DNA from: Peribolospora baueri
Taxonomy: Eukaryota
NCBI GenBank assembly: GCA_029717555.1
Contig: JAMDHS010000045.1
Coordinates: 124,001-177,198 of the forward strand
Direction of reading: 5' to 3'
DNA: 53,198 nt
The position numbers and the translations under genes were made by a program. Below, piece after piece: positions 51,697 through 53,198 of this stretch. Numbering within the stretch: the stretch's first letter is position 1; every line of letters begins with the position of its first letter. Under the pieces are notes generated by a model. It was not told the origin of the DNA. It did no database searches and worked only from the letters and a program-made list of their open reading frames with translations.

Positions 51697-53038
51697 ATGG
51701 CTCCGGCTACACCCTACCCACTCAACTCTCTCGTCCTTATCCCCGCAACCGACGAGCAGACGCTCGAGTCCATGAAGCGCTGGCACCCGCACTGGGGCAA
51801 GCCTCTGAGCTGGCAAGATTTTTTGGAAGCTTCCAAGTCGACTGATAGCATGTCCTGGGCTGCCAGCAACATGAATGCTTGGTGAGCTGGGCAGGATGGC
51901 GAGGCGAAGCGGGTTTGGTCTCCTTCGCCCTCTTCCGTCCTCCTCCTCTCCTTCTCCCTGACCCCGCGCGTCGTTCCCTGCTGGCGTTTGTCTGTCCGAT
52001 CGTACGCACCCCCCTTTCAGGGTCCTCGCTCCCGCCTCGAACCCGACGACGCTCGACTTCCCCAGCTCTTGCAGAACCTATCGTCGCCGCGCCGTCCTCG
52101 CCTACCCCGCTTCTCCCTCTTCCCCAAACCCAACCAGGGAGATTCTGACAGTCTACGGCGTCGCCTCCGTCTTCTCCGATCCCGCACAACGTTCCGCTGG
52201 CTATGCGAGGAGGATGATGGAGCTTCTTCATCGGCGTCTCGCCCCAGCCGCTTCCTCCCCCGCCGCCGATGCCGATGCCGACGTCAACAAGGACATCAAT
52301 GTGGATGGCTTCAACGACGCAGCGGCCTCGATGTTGTACAGCGACGTGGGCGAGTTCTACAGCTCCATCGGGACAGGATGGAAGACGACCTCTCCGCTAG
52401 AGGTCCGCCTGGACCTGACCGCTCTAGACCGCTTCGAAGACGCCCTCGCCAGCGGAGGCACTGTCAAACCCGATGCCCGCCCCCTCAAGCCTTTGACCCT
52501 CGACGGTACCGACTGGGCGGCCCTCGCCAGCGCCGAGGCGCGGCTCATCCAACGAGACGTCGTGCGAGCGGCCGCCGACGCCGAAGCCTCTTCTTCTTCC
52601 TCCCCCGCCAGGCCCTACATGGCCTTGCTTCCCGACGATGACGTTCTGCTTTGGCATTTCCACCGCACCATGCGTTATTTCCGACCGGCAGGCCGAGAAG
52701 TGCCGGAGGTTTGGGGCGCAGAGATCGGCTCCTCCTCCTCCGCCGGCGGCGAATGGGCTTTCATCATTTGGGTGTACGACCTCGCTCAGTCCACCCTCCA
52801 CGTCCTCCGCTTGCGCGCCTCCACACCTTCCGAGACGCTCTCGCTCCTCGCCGCAGCCTTCGACGCCGGCAAGAAGCAAGGCATGAAGTCGCTGACGGCA
52901 TGGAACGTCGATAAGCGACTCCTCAACGGCACCGCGTTGACCAACGCCAAGAGGGACCTTAACCTGCCCGCCTTGGCTTGGTATGGCGACGGACAGCCGG
53001 CGGAGTGGCTCTTCAACGAGCGCATCTTTTGGTGTTGA
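51697..53038 (+). CDS. GNAT-family N-acetyltransferase, LYC1-like lysine acetyltransferase
   Basis: LVLIPATDEQ..WGKPLS..NAW|VLAP..TLDFPSSCRTYRR..YGVASVFSDPAQRSAGYARRMM (acetyl-CoA motif A), ASMLYSDVGEFYS, LPALAWYG and WLFNERIFWC*. One intron at about 51882-52020. Confidence 0.8.
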
Positions 53039-53158
53039 TAGATCACAAACGGACGGGCGGGCACCGCATATCTCTGTACCGTAGAGGAGGCGGAACAGGA
53101 TGATCTAGAATACAATCGGGGAGAACCAAAGTCTTACCAAGGCCACCGTCACGTTCCA

Positions 53159-53160
<2 letters not shown>

Positions 53161-53190
<30 letters not shown>
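53161..53190. repeat. Poly-T homopolymer (30 nt)
   Basis: Directly visible at the window end. Confidence 0.9.
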
Positions 53191-53198
53191 CTCCCCCC

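Noticed and set aside
53161..53198. Poly-T as a retroposon poly(A) tail
   Set aside because: It sits at the window edge with no visible element body or target-site duplication; homopolymers are common in this sequence.

Overview
GC-rich, intron-rich eukaryotic genomic DNA from a fungus, most likely a basidiomycete (Ustilaginomycotina is plausible but not proven). It is a gene-dense housekeeping region. I could assemble 17 spliced protein-coding genes by hand: AIM25-type scramblase (partial), PUS4, arginase CAR1, lanosterol synthase ERG7, Arp9-like actin-related protein, complex I 51-kDa subunit, cytochrome c oxidase VIIc, GAF hybrid histidine kinase, HUS1, ADE1, kinesin-6, a peroxisomal SCP2 protein, a tail-anchored Nudix hydrolase, PRP19, PRE10, an uncharacterised Myb-like protein and an LYC1-like GNAT. 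There is also one tRNA-Gly(GCC) and a doubtful polyQ ORF. I saw no mobile element, CRISPR array, rRNA or biosynthetic cluster, and no clearly new biological system. The best leads are regulatory: a bidirectional complex I/complex IV promoter carrying a palindromic TATGCGTAYAC motif that recurs upstream of PRP19, a distant-branch-point intron in COX7c, a possible mitochondrial PUS4 isoform from an upstream ATG, a GC-AG intron, a microexon with tandem acceptors, and the convergent SCP2/Nudix pair. Exon boundaries were read by eye and family assignments come from motif recognition, not database searches.
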